Source: an uncultured Pseudobdellovibrionaceae bacterium
Lineage (GTDB): Bacteria; Pseudomonadota; Alphaproteobacteria; Micavibrionales; Micavibrionaceae
Assembly: GCA_964384335.1 (NCBI GenBank)
Contig: CAYLKN010000001.1
Location: 38,496-102,495 of the forward strand
DNA length: 64,000 nucleotides
Reading direction: 5' to 3'
How positions within the stretch are numbered: position 1 is the stretch's first letter; every line of letters starts with the position of its first letter. Below are positions 18,758-27,226 of this stretch, in pieces. Position numbers and translations under genes: made by a program. Under the pieces are notes generated by a model. The model ran no database searches. It saw only the letters and a program-made list of their open reading frames with translations, and was not told the origin of the DNA.

Positions 18758-20464
18758 ATGAAGGGTCAGAAAATTAAATCTCTTATGGCGGATATTTCAA
18801 AAAAATATGTAAGATTTATTCTAAACCTCGCTGTTATTATAGGCGGCATTGCAACTTTGTATGTAGTGTCTGCTCAACCTGCACATGCAGACAATAAATA
18901 CGCCGCCATCGTTGTGGATGCCGGAACAGACAGGGTTCTGTTTTCGAGAAACGCTGATAAATCCCTTCATCCCGCCTCGCTTACGAAAGTGATGACTCTG
19001 ATGCTTGTTTTTGATCAGTTGAGTGAGGGGGCGCTTTCCTACGGTGACAGGATTAAAATTTCTCACCGCGCGGCCAGTATGGTTCCAAGCAAGCTTGGCT
19101 TGAAACCCGGTGAAACGATAAGTGTGAAGAATGCGATCTATGCCCTCGTAACAAAATCCGCGAACGATATTGCCGTTGCTCTTGCCGAACATATCGAAGG
19201 ATCGGAGAGCGCGTTTGCCTATAAAATGACACGCAAGGCACGCAGCATTGGAATGAACAGCACACGCTTTATGAATGCGTCTGGCCTTCATAATCGCAAA
19301 CAGGTAAGCACAGCCCGCGATATGGCCAATATGGCAAAATACCTTATTAACAATTATCCTGAATATTATCATTTCTTTTCAACACAGCTGTTTCAGTATG
19401 ATGGCCGCAAGTACCGCAATCACAATCGTCTTCTAGGAAGATATCCCGGGGTGGACGGACTGAAAACGGGATATATAAGCGCTTCGGGTTTCAATCTTAT
19501 TTCAACTTCCGTCAGACAGAACCAGCGCCTTATTGGCGTCGTTTTTGGCGGGCGTTCCTCAAGAACGCGGGATGCGCATATGGTTGATATCCTTGACAAT
19601 TCTTTTGACAGGCTCCGGCATTTGAGGATGGCCCAGGCACGTGTGCCCGTACCTGATGCCAAGCCGGTAACGTCTTCGTTTGCAGTTGCTTCATCTGGAG
19701 TGTCAGCATCATCCGGGAATGAAAAAGACTTGCAGGACTTTATACTGCCTCCAATGAAGCCGGTTTACATGCAACTGGCATCATTTGATGAAGGGAATGA
19801 CGGTGTAGGAAGCAGAGAAGGTGGAATGACTGTTGCCTCCGCAGGGTCGTCAATACCGGTTTCTCATCTTGAGATGCTTTCAAGATCGCTGGGAGAAGGC
19901 AATTTTAATGAGATCATAGGGCAGGGCGATTTTGACCCCGTTGCCATGAAGCGTATTGAAACAGGTTTAATTGCCCTTTCTGTTCATACCGGCCAGGAAA
20001 GGCATAAGGCTATGTTTTTAAATCTGCTTGGAAACAATATCAGGGATGATATTGTAGAGGCCGGAAAAAACTTTTTCAGTGGGTTTATGAGTACGTATTT
20101 CTCCGATGGCGTCAAAAGAAGCGTAGATGGAAAGCCACTTCCGCCCAGATTCCCCGACATCCGACTGGCTAACCTGCACACGTCAGAAGTTAATGCAGAC
20201 GGCAACATTGATGTTAATACGCCGGCCCCTAAGGTATCAATCGAGATTGGACGTTCATTCAGTCGTGACGCAATTGACCGTTTGTTAAAGCAATCTATCG
20301 AACGGCTCGATGCTGATAACAGGGGAAAATTTATGGATGCCGTTGTTGTTCCTGTTAGAAACAATGACAGAATAGTGTTTCACGCCAGAATAAAGAACCT
20401 GAGTAATGAAGACGCACGTCAGGCATGCACAATGCTGGAAAATTGCCAGGTTATTCATAACTAG
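18758..20464 (+). CDS. D-alanyl-D-alanine carboxypeptidase (S11 / PBP5 family) with a long linker and a C-terminal SPOR-like domain
   Basis: It has SxxK (ASLTK), SxN (SAND) and KTG (KTGYI) motifs in the N-terminal ~290 aa. The last ~75 aa (…IVFHARIKNLSNEDARQACTMLENCQVI) fit a SPOR-like pattern. Confidence 0.8.
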   Translation: MKGQKIKSLMADISKKYVRFILNLAVIIGGIATLYVVSAQPAHADNKYAAIVVDAGTDRVLFSRNADKSLHPASLTKVMTLMLVFDQLSEGALSYGDRIKISHRAASMVPSKLGLKPGETISVKNAIYALVTKSANDIAVALAEHIEGSESAFAYKMTRKARSIGMNSTRFMNASGLHNRKQVSTARDMANMAKYLINNYPEYYHFFSTQLFQYDGRKYRNHNRLLGRYPGVDGLKTGYISASGFNLISTSVRQNQRLIGVVFGGRSSRTRDAHMVDILDNSFDRLRHLRMAQARVPVPDAKPVTSSFAVASSGVSASSGNEKDLQDFILPPMKPVYMQLASFDEGNDGVGSREGGMTVASAGSSIPVSHLEMLSRSLGEGNFNEIIGQGDFDPVAMKRIETGLIALSVHTGQERHKAMFLNLLGNNIRDDIVEAGKNFFSGFMSTYFSDGVKRSVDGKPLPPRFPDIRLANLHTSEVNADGNIDVNTPAPKVSIEIGRSFSRDAIDRLLKQSIERLDADNRGKFMDAVVVPVRNNDRIVFHARIKNLSNEDARQACTMLENCQVIHN

Positions 20465-20548
20465 GGCTTGTGGAATTTAAGTCAATACCGGAAGAATATA
20501 TGCCAGTTACTGAAACAAACCGCCTGCCATCATCCTTTAAAGAGAATA

Positions 20549-21142
20549 TCAGGAAGCTTTTTTCTGCTTATCTTCCACCGATTTAAGTTCCTTCTGAAGC
20601 TCCGCAATCTGTTTTTCCAGCTCAGTTTTCTTTTGCTTCAGGGCTTCCGCGCTGTTTTCGTCGGAATACAACATTGAAAACGGTGAAAATGTTTTCAAGG
20701 CTCTTTCAAACATTTCAAGATTACGTCGGTTCAGTTCCTCAACTGTGGATACAGGGAACATACCTTCTATTGATTTGTTTATATGTTTGCGGAAACTTTC
20801 CTGGTTTGAAGCAAAGCTGTCAATTGCATGCTCAAGGTAATTTGGAAGGATGCCGTTGAAATTATCGTCGTAATAGCCGATCAGACGCCGCAGAAAACCA
20901 ACAGGAAGCATGTTTTGCCCTCTTGATTCCTGATCTACAATAATCTGCGTCAGCACCGACCTTGTCAGGTCCTCTCCGCTTTTTGCATCGTAAACGATAA
21001 AGTCATGCCCTTCTTTTACCATTTCATAAAGGTCATCCAGGGTCACATAACTGCTTCGACTTGTATCGTAAAGCCGCCTGTTCGCATATTTTTTAACGAC
21101 TATGGGCTCCTCATTTTTTTGCTTTCTCGCGGTGGTGGCCAT
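20549..21142 (-). CDS. phaR: Polyhydroxyalkanoate synthesis repressor PhaR
   Basis: The N-terminus reads IVVKKYANRRLYDTSRSSYVTLDDLYEMV, the hallmark of the PhaR N-terminal domain. It is divergent from phaCAB. Confidence 0.88.
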   Translation of the reverse strand: MATTARKQKNEEPIVVKKYANRRLYDTSRSSYVTLDDLYEMVKEGHDFIVYDAKSGEDLTRSVLTQIIVDQESRGQNMLPVGFLRRLIGYYDDNFNGILPNYLEHAIDSFASNQESFRKHINKSIEGMFPVSTVEELNRRNLEMFERALKTFSPFSMLYSDENSAEALKQKKTELEKQIAELQKELKSVEDKQKKAS

Positions 21143-21241
21143 AATGTACCTCTCTAATTTGTAAATGTGAAAGCTCGTGTTGCAATTAGGGTAGATTAAA
21201 TATTTAATAGAGTGTTCTCAGATAAGTGGTGAATAGTCAAG

Positions 21242-22393
21242 ATGAATAACGCAACGGAAAGGCAGGCGCAGCATAAAATTTACAGATCTGCCCCTAAATC
21301 TCTTGCTTTTCATATGTCTTATTACAGTCATTGTACTGCCTCGCATGCTGCAAACAAAAAGCCGCAAAATTTCCGAAAAATGTTTGAAGGTATACGCCAT
21401 TACCAATGCCACCCGTATACAAGACAGATCAGCCCTCTTGAAAGCGTTTACAAAAAAGGGGAGATGCAGGTTCTTAAAGCGCCGGGTAATGGCCGCTCCG
21501 GTTCAGGAGATACGTATCCTGTTCCTGTTCTTTTTATTCCTTCCTTAATCAACCCTTCGACCATTATGGATCTTCATCCGCGGCGATCATTGCTGCGGTG
21601 GTTTGCAGATAATAAATTCGGAAGTTACCTTGTTGACTGGGGATGTCCTCAGAACGACGGAAATCTGTATTCACTAAATGACATTATTGTCGAACGCCTG
21701 ATCCCCGCAATCGAAGAAGTTTTAAGAATACATAATTCTGACAGGATACATCTTGCCGGATACTGTATGGGCGGTCTTCTTTCTATTGCGGCTTCAGACT
21801 TACTGCGGGGCAAGGTTGCTTCTCTGCAGCTGTTATCATCTCCGTGGAATTTTTGGATAAATCATGATCATTTATCCCGGATTGTAATCGGGAACCTTGA
21901 CTTCCTGAAGACCAGCCTTGCGCAAATGGCATCTGTACCATCTATTTATATACAATCTTTGTTTGCGTTTATCGATCCGTATTCATTGGTGAACCGGTTT
22001 TCGGATTTCGTAGAAATGAAAGTTGACAGCTTTGGTGCGGAGTTGTTTATCGCCGCAGAGGAATGGGCAAACGGCGGCGTTAATCTCCCGGCAGAACTTG
22101 CTCTGGATTGTCTTGAAAAAATGTATGAGAAAAATTTGCCATGTAGCGGAAAATGGTATGTGGGCGATCAGAATATCAATCTGCAAAATCTTAATGATTT
22201 GCCTGTGCAGATTATTCATCCTTCAAAGGATAAAGTTGTGCCTTTAGAGTCAACAAAAGAACTTTGTAAGCATCTGCACAATGTAAATATCTTGAAACCG
22301 CAAACCGGTCATGTTGGTATCATATGTGGTCGAAATGCAATCAGAGACATATGGACCCCGATGATTGAGTTTGCAATCAGAAACACGAGTTAA
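21242..22393 (+). CDS. phaC: Short (class III/IV-like) PHA synthase PhaC, alpha/beta hydrolase fold
   Basis: It carries the PHA-synthase lipase-box variant G-x-C-x-G-G (LAGYCMGGLL). It has a VDWGCP segment comparable to IDWGYP in class III synthases. It heads the phaA-phaB cluster. The start codon is uncertain. Confidence 0.65.
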   Translation: MNNATERQAQHKIYRSAPKSLAFHMSYYSHCTASHAANKKPQNFRKMFEGIRHYQCHPYTRQISPLESVYKKGEMQVLKAPGNGRSGSGDTYPVPVLFIPSLINPSTIMDLHPRRSLLRWFADNKFGSYLVDWGCPQNDGNLYSLNDIIVERLIPAIEEVLRIHNSDRIHLAGYCMGGLLSIAASDLLRGKVASLQLLSSPWNFWINHDHLSRIVIGNLDFLKTSLAQMASVPSIYIQSLFAFIDPYSLVNRFSDFVEMKVDSFGAELFIAAEEWANGGVNLPAELALDCLEKMYEKNLPCSGKWYVGDQNINLQNLNDLPVQIIHPSKDKVVPLESTKELCKHLHNVNILKPQTGHVGIICGRNAIRDIWTPMIEFAIRNTS

Positions 22394-22459
22394 AGTTCAG
22401 CATTTGTTCAATGTCTATACATTCAGTTTTTTAATCAGAGGAAAGAAAGGATTTAAATT

Positions 22460-23671
22460 ATGAATACACATGATCCGGTCGTCATCGTCAGCGCCAGAAG
22501 AACAGCAATCGCATCGTTTAACGGTGCATTAAGTTCATTGCCGGCAAGCGAGCTTGGAAAAACCGTTATCGCAAGTGCATTAAACGAGTCCGGTGTCAAT
22601 ACAGATGATGTGGATGAGGTGATTATGGGCCAGGTCCTGACTGCGGCAACAGGACAGAACCCGGCCAGACAGGCCGCAATAAATGCCGGGATTGCAAAGG
22701 AAAAAACGGCGTATTGCATTAATCAGGTTTGCGGGTCGGGCCTGCGTTCGGTCATTCTGGGGGCCCAGTCTATACTGGGCGGGGATTGTAAGATTATCCT
22801 GGCCGGCGGACAGGAAAATATGAGCCTTGCCCCTCATGCTATCAATATGCGGCAGGGGTATAAAATGGGGCCGGCAAAAATGCAGGATACTATGATTGTG
22901 GACGGCTTGTGGGATGCATTCAACGATTATCATATGGGCATCACTGCTGAAAACATCGCACAACAATACCAGATCACACGGGATGACCAGGATGCTTTTG
23001 CCGCCAATTCACAGCAGAAAGCGGAGAAGGCGATTGAGGAAGGACGGTTTAAGGCCGAGATCGTACCCATTACAGTTAAAATGAAAAAAGAGGAAATTAC
23101 CTTTGATCAGGATGAATTTCCAAGAAAAGGTGTGACTGCTGAAAGTCTTGCCAAATTAAAACCGGCATTTAAACCCGATGGAACGGTAACTGCCGGGAAC
23201 GCCTCCGGTTTGAACGATGGTGCGGCGATCACTCTTCTCATGCGCGCCAGTGAGGCAAACAAAAGGGGACTCAAACCGTTTGCCAGAATCCGCTCGTGGG
23301 CAACGGCAGGTGTTGATCCTGCGGTTATGGGTACAGGACCAATCCCCGCATCCCGGAAGGCAATTGAAAAGGCCGGGTGGTCAGAAAAGGATATTGATCT
23401 TGTGGAATCAAACGAAGCCTTTGCCGCACAGTCATGCGCGGTTATAAAAGAGCTGGGGCTGGATACCTCGCGGGTAAACGTCAATGGCGGAGCCATTGCC
23501 CTCGGCCATCCGATCGGTGCATCCGGCACGCGTGTTCTTGTTACCCTTCTGCATGAGATGGCAAGGCGGAACGTGCAAAAAGGCCTTGCCACTTTATGCA
23601 TTGGCGGCGGCATGGGCATAGCCATTTGTGTTGAACGGGACGATACAATGGAATGGGTCGAAGTGGCCTGA
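22460..23671 (+). CDS. phaA: Acetyl-CoA C-acetyltransferase (beta-ketothiolase)
   Basis: 403 aa with thiolase motifs: [10 protein letters not shown] (active-site Cys), [15 protein letters not shown] and CIGGGMG. Confidence 0.9.
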   Translation: MNTHDPVVIVSARRTAIASFNGALSSLPASELGKTVIASALNESGVNTDDVDEVIMGQVLTAATGQNPARQAAINAGIAKEKTAYCINQVCGSGLRSVILGAQSILGGDCKIILAGGQENMSLAPHAINMRQGYKMGPAKMQDTMIVDGLWDAFNDYHMGITAENIAQQYQITRDDQDAFAANSQQKAEKAIEEGRFKAEIVPITVKMKKEEITFDQDEFPRKGVTAESLAKLKPAFKPDGTVTAGNASGLNDGAAITLLMRASEANKRGLKPFARIRSWATAGVDPAVMGTGPIPASRKAIEKAGWSEKDIDLVESNEAFAAQSCAVIKELGLDTSRVNVNGGAIALGHPIGASGTRVLVTLLHEMARRNVQKGLATLCIGGGMGIAICVERDDTMEWVEVA

Positions 23672-23707
23672 TCTGTAACGCGTAAATGAAAATAAGGAAG
23701 CGGTAAT

Positions 23708-24436
23708 ATGAAACAGAAATATCTGGCAATTGTAACCGGCGGGACCAGAGGTATAGGTCTGGCCATAACAAAATCTTTGCGTGATATGGAATGCGATGTA
23801 ATTGCGTTCTATCAGGGGAATGAAGAGGCTGCGAAGAAATGCCGGCAAGAAACGAAAGCAAAAACGCTTAAAGTGAATATCACTAATTTTGAAGCCTGTC
23901 ATAAGGCGGTTGAAGAGATAAAGGAAAAACACGGCCAGATTCATATCCTGGTTAACAATGCCGGCATTACGCGTGATGGCACACTGCACAAAATGTCTCA
24001 GGAGAACTGGAACGAGGTTATCGATACAAACCTCAATTCATGCTTTAACATGTGCAGGGCCGTTATCCCCGATATGCGCGAACACCGCTATGGCAGGATT
24101 ATCAATATCAGCTCCATAAACGGGGAAAAAGGACAGTTTGGTCAAACAAACTATGCGGCGGCAAAGGCAGGAATGCTTGGTTTTACAAAAGCTTTGGCGC
24201 TTGAATCCGCATCAAGGGGCATTACAGTAAATGCAATATGCCCAGGCTATATTGAAACGGAAATGACTTCTGCGATGAGTTCTGAAGTTCTTGAAACTAT
24301 TATTCGTCAAATTCCCGCTGGACGTATGGGAAAACCCGAAGAAATCGGTGAGATGGTGGCTTATCTGGCGTCTAAAAACGCTGGGTTTATCAACGGGGCT
24401 GCTTTCGATATCAATGGCGGGCAGTATATGCGCTAA
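23708..24436 (+). CDS. phaB: Acetoacetyl-CoA reductase (SDR family)
   Basis: 242 aa with TGGTRGIG, NNAG and YAAAKAG (YxxxK) motifs. It lies directly after phaA. Confidence 0.88.
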   Translation: MKQKYLAIVTGGTRGIGLAITKSLRDMECDVIAFYQGNEEAAKKCRQETKAKTLKVNITNFEACHKAVEEIKEKHGQIHILVNNAGITRDGTLHKMSQENWNEVIDTNLNSCFNMCRAVIPDMREHRYGRIINISSINGEKGQFGQTNYAAAKAGMLGFTKALALESASRGITVNAICPGYIETEMTSAMSSEVLETIIRQIPAGRMGKPEEIGEMVAYLASKNAGFINGAAFDINGGQYMR

Positions 24437-24508
24437 AACGTCCTTGTTGTCGGGGTGTGATACCTTGTTTCATTTTCTAATGATTGCCATCATCCCACAA
24501 AAAAGCGT

Positions 24509-24721
24509 TTAGTTATCAATGTATTTGCTGCTTTCCTTCCGGAAGGCGGGCCTTGAAACTCTGGGGCCTTCATGGTTTGCCTGACGTCCGATATTTCCAA
24601 AAATATCGCCGTAAACACCTTTGTCAGCGTGTTTTGACTGTCTGTCTTTCTGTGCGGAGCGCATTCCCATGCCATTTGATGGTACATCTGTCACGCCCGT
24701 TCCACGATAACTCGAACGCAT
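24509..24721 (-). CDS. Small hydrophilic protein (70 aa), function unknown
   Basis: A perfect AGGAGG (reverse complement of 24727-24732) lies 5 nt upstream of the ATG. The protein is charged with no hydrophobic segment. Two alternative overlapping ORFs lack an RBS. Confidence 0.45.
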   Translation of the reverse strand: MRSSYRGTGVTDVPSNGMGMRSAQKDRQSKHADKGVYGDIFGNIGRQANHEGPRVSRPAFRKESSKYIDN

Positions 24722-24784
24722 AATATCCTCCTGATAAATTATTAACTCTATCAGTATACAGGAATGATGAATTAAATTAAAATT

Positions 24785-26587
24785 TTATGAAAAGACTATC
24801 TTTTTCTCGCTGTTCATGTTTAGAAAACCATTGGTCTGCATGGACCATAGGTGTGCGTAAAGCCCTCCCGTTTTTATAAGATTTTCATGGTCGCCATCTT
24901 CCGCAATAATACCATTATCGAAAACCAGTATCCGGTCCAGATGTGAAATTGTTGAAAGGCGGTGTGCGATTGCAATGACGGTCTTATTTTTCATGATCCG
25001 GACCAGTGCATCCTGAATAGCCGTTTCGCTTTCGCTGTCCAGGGACGATGTTGCCTCGTCAAGAATAAGAATGGGGGCATCTTTTAAAATGGCGCGGGCG
25101 ATTGCTATTCTCTGTCTCTGGCCGCCTGAAAGCTTCACGCCTCTTTCCCCGACAACCGTTTGATAGCCGAGAGGGAGATCTTCTATAAAATCATGGGCGT
25201 TGGCAGTTCGTGCCGCCGCCTCGATTTCCTCATCCGTTGCATCAAGCCGGCCATATCGTATATTTTCGGTAACCGAGCGGTGGAAAAGCGGGGACTCCTG
25301 AGGAATTACGGCAATGTTTTTCCGCAGGCTTTCCTGTTTAACCCGGGCAATATCCTGACCGTCTATAAAAACGGCGCCTTTTTCAACATCATAAAATCGT
25401 AGTAAAAGGTTAACGAACGTACTTTTACCGGCCCCTGAACGGCCAACCAGCCCAACTTTCTGCTTTGCAGGAATATAAACGCTGAAGTTCTTAAAGACCT
25501 TGTTTTCCGCATAATTAAAATTTATTTCCCGAAATTCGATGTTGGCATTTTGAACAATCAGATCGGACGCACCAGGCGCATCAGAAAGTCCGTGCGCTTC
25601 TGAAGTAATGGAAAGGGCGTCTTTAACGGAACCTGTCTCTTCAATAAACTGTAAAATACCCATTCCCATCATCCATGCCATAGGCAGCATGGAAAACGTA
25701 ACACCCATAATTGTTGCAATATCGCCAACTGTAATCCAGCCGATATGCCATGTGTAAACACATAAGGCCATCATGCCTGTCATCAGCATGACCAGACACA
25801 GCCGGCGGTAGTTCTCAACCTGTACAATGGATAAAATAAGTTTTGAAGATGCCTTTTTCTCGTTGTGCGAGATATTATCATGGGTTTCGGTTTCATGGCT
25901 TTCACGTCCAAAACTTTTAACCGCATGACTGTTTGTAAAGGAATCGACTATACATCCTGTCGTTCCGGCTCTTTTATCCGAATAGGTTTTTGATCGCCGC
26001 GCAATTTTTTTTGCCCTGAAAACAACGGGCAGAATAACAGATAACGCGAATATCAATAAAACGAATGAGAATACAGGCGATGAAAATGACAAGACGATTG
26101 CTGATACTGTAATAACAACAAGAGGTAAAAATATCTGAAAGCGGATAACATCGTGAAGCCGAACAGTGCTTTCACCGAGTTCAGTAATCTTACGTGTCAG
26201 CGATCCTGAAAGATTATCCGCAAGATAGGCATGGCTGTGCCCGAGAGCGTAGTTGAAAAATTCGGAGCGGATTTTTGCCCTTAGCCAGGGTTTCCACTTT
26301 ATAATTATATATGCCGTCCATATATGGACAGCTTCTGCCAGGAAAAGAAAACCGCCCATAAAGGCAATTAATGCTGTTATTTCCGAATAAATCTGATCTT
26401 TTAAGGCGCTTGATGAAATCAGGGTGGTTTTATCGATAACCATACCCACGATAAGGTAGGCAATCGGCATTCGGGAAAAATGAAGTATGTCCTGAGCTAT
26501 AAAAAGTTTCCAGGTCTTTGGCGATTGACGGTAAACATACCGAAAATATTCCAAAAGGGTTGTCGGAAGGCCATAATTGAAAGACAT
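24785..26587 (-). CDS. ABC transporter, fused permease/ATPase (type B exporter, MsbA-like)
   Basis: 600 aa with a 6-TM N-terminal domain, Walker A GRSGAGKST, the signature LSGGQRQR and Walker B ILILDEATS. Confidence 0.88.
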   Translation of the reverse strand: MSFNYGLPTTLLEYFRYVYRQSPKTWKLFIAQDILHFSRMPIAYLIVGMVIDKTTLISSSALKDQIYSEITALIAFMGGFLFLAEAVHIWTAYIIIKWKPWLRAKIRSEFFNYALGHSHAYLADNLSGSLTRKITELGESTVRLHDVIRFQIFLPLVVITVSAIVLSFSSPVFSFVLLIFALSVILPVVFRAKKIARRSKTYSDKRAGTTGCIVDSFTNSHAVKSFGRESHETETHDNISHNEKKASSKLILSIVQVENYRRLCLVMLMTGMMALCVYTWHIGWITVGDIATIMGVTFSMLPMAWMMGMGILQFIEETGSVKDALSITSEAHGLSDAPGASDLIVQNANIEFREINFNYAENKVFKNFSVYIPAKQKVGLVGRSGAGKSTFVNLLLRFYDVEKGAVFIDGQDIARVKQESLRKNIAVIPQESPLFHRSVTENIRYGRLDATDEEIEAAARTANAHDFIEDLPLGYQTVVGERGVKLSGGQRQRIAIARAILKDAPILILDEATSSLDSESETAIQDALVRIMKNKTVIAIAHRLSTISHLDRILVFDNGIIAEDGDHENLIKTGGLYAHLWSMQTNGFLNMNSEKKIVFS

Positions 26588-26669
26588 TACTTCATATTAG
26601 TAAATTTTGTCCCGAAGGGATATATGTTATAATCTTTGTGTAAGAATAATTAGAATTAAGACTTAAATT

Positions 26670-27212
26670 ATGTACGGAAATTTTAAAAGAATTATCCGTT
26701 CCGTTGTTTTAGGACTGGTCATATTTGCCCTGCCGTTTGCTGCTAAATACGGATATGCGCAGAATTATGATCCTTATAACCGCCTTGATGCGGAAGATCT
26801 TTTTGATAATCCAGAACTCTTTAATGAACAGGGTCAGGGTAACCTTACTGTTGAGGGGACTAATCCTGCTTTGTTGCAAAACGTACAGGAAAACCCAGCC
26901 GGGGCAGATGATGGTTTTTTTACGCCGCCTCCGCAACTTCAGGATCCGTCCTTGACGGTTGAACAGTTGCCGGAAAATGCCTTGGGGCAACAACAGCCCG
27001 GCCTGCCCACCACTGGAGAGCAGGAGAGTAATCCGTTTCAGCCGTTGGGCATACAATCTCCACAAGTATACTGGCCGTCGGGCGTTCCTCCTCTCAGGGC
27101 TTACACAGAACTAAATCAGGGACCTTTAAAGCTTGAGTCTGATAAAGACAGGGCCGCCAGAGAAATGCCGGGTGTTCCAGGCAGCGGCAAAGCTGAAAAC
27201 TTTCTTAAGTAA
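26670..27212 (+). CDS. Secreted P/Q/E-rich low-complexity protein
   Basis: 180 aa with a signal peptide (…VIFALPFAAKYGYA|QN). The remainder looks disordered and proline/glutamine rich. Confidence 0.5.
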   Translation: MYGNFKRIIRSVVLGLVIFALPFAAKYGYAQNYDPYNRLDAEDLFDNPELFNEQGQGNLTVEGTNPALLQNVQENPAGADDGFFTPPPQLQDPSLTVEQLPENALGQQQPGLPTTGEQESNPFQPLGIQSPQVYWPSGVPPLRAYTELNQGPLKLESDKDRAAREMPGVPGSGKAENFLK

Positions 27213-27226
27213 ATTTAACAATATTT

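Noticed and set aside
23107-23766. Long antisense ORFs lie inside well-supported genes. Examples are 23107-23766 in phaA, 42948-43637 and 44013-44576 in the hybrid kinase, 47939-48679 in addB, 15873-16442 and 16084-16674 in clpA, 10108-10605 in ftsK, 18821-19372 in the DD-carboxypeptidase, and 62756-63603 in the Suv3-like helicase.
   Set aside because: Each lies opposite, or out of frame with, a gene that carries unambiguous family motifs. Their products are Arg/Ser/Cys/Pro-rich and low-complexity, with no RBS. They are typical shadow ORFs.
24484-24723. A plus-strand 79-aa ORF and a second minus-strand 65-aa ORF (24490-24687) overlap the small hydrophilic gene.
   Set aside because: Neither has an RBS. 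The products are Cys/Arg/Phe-rich. The frame at 24721-24509 has the AGGAGG signal.
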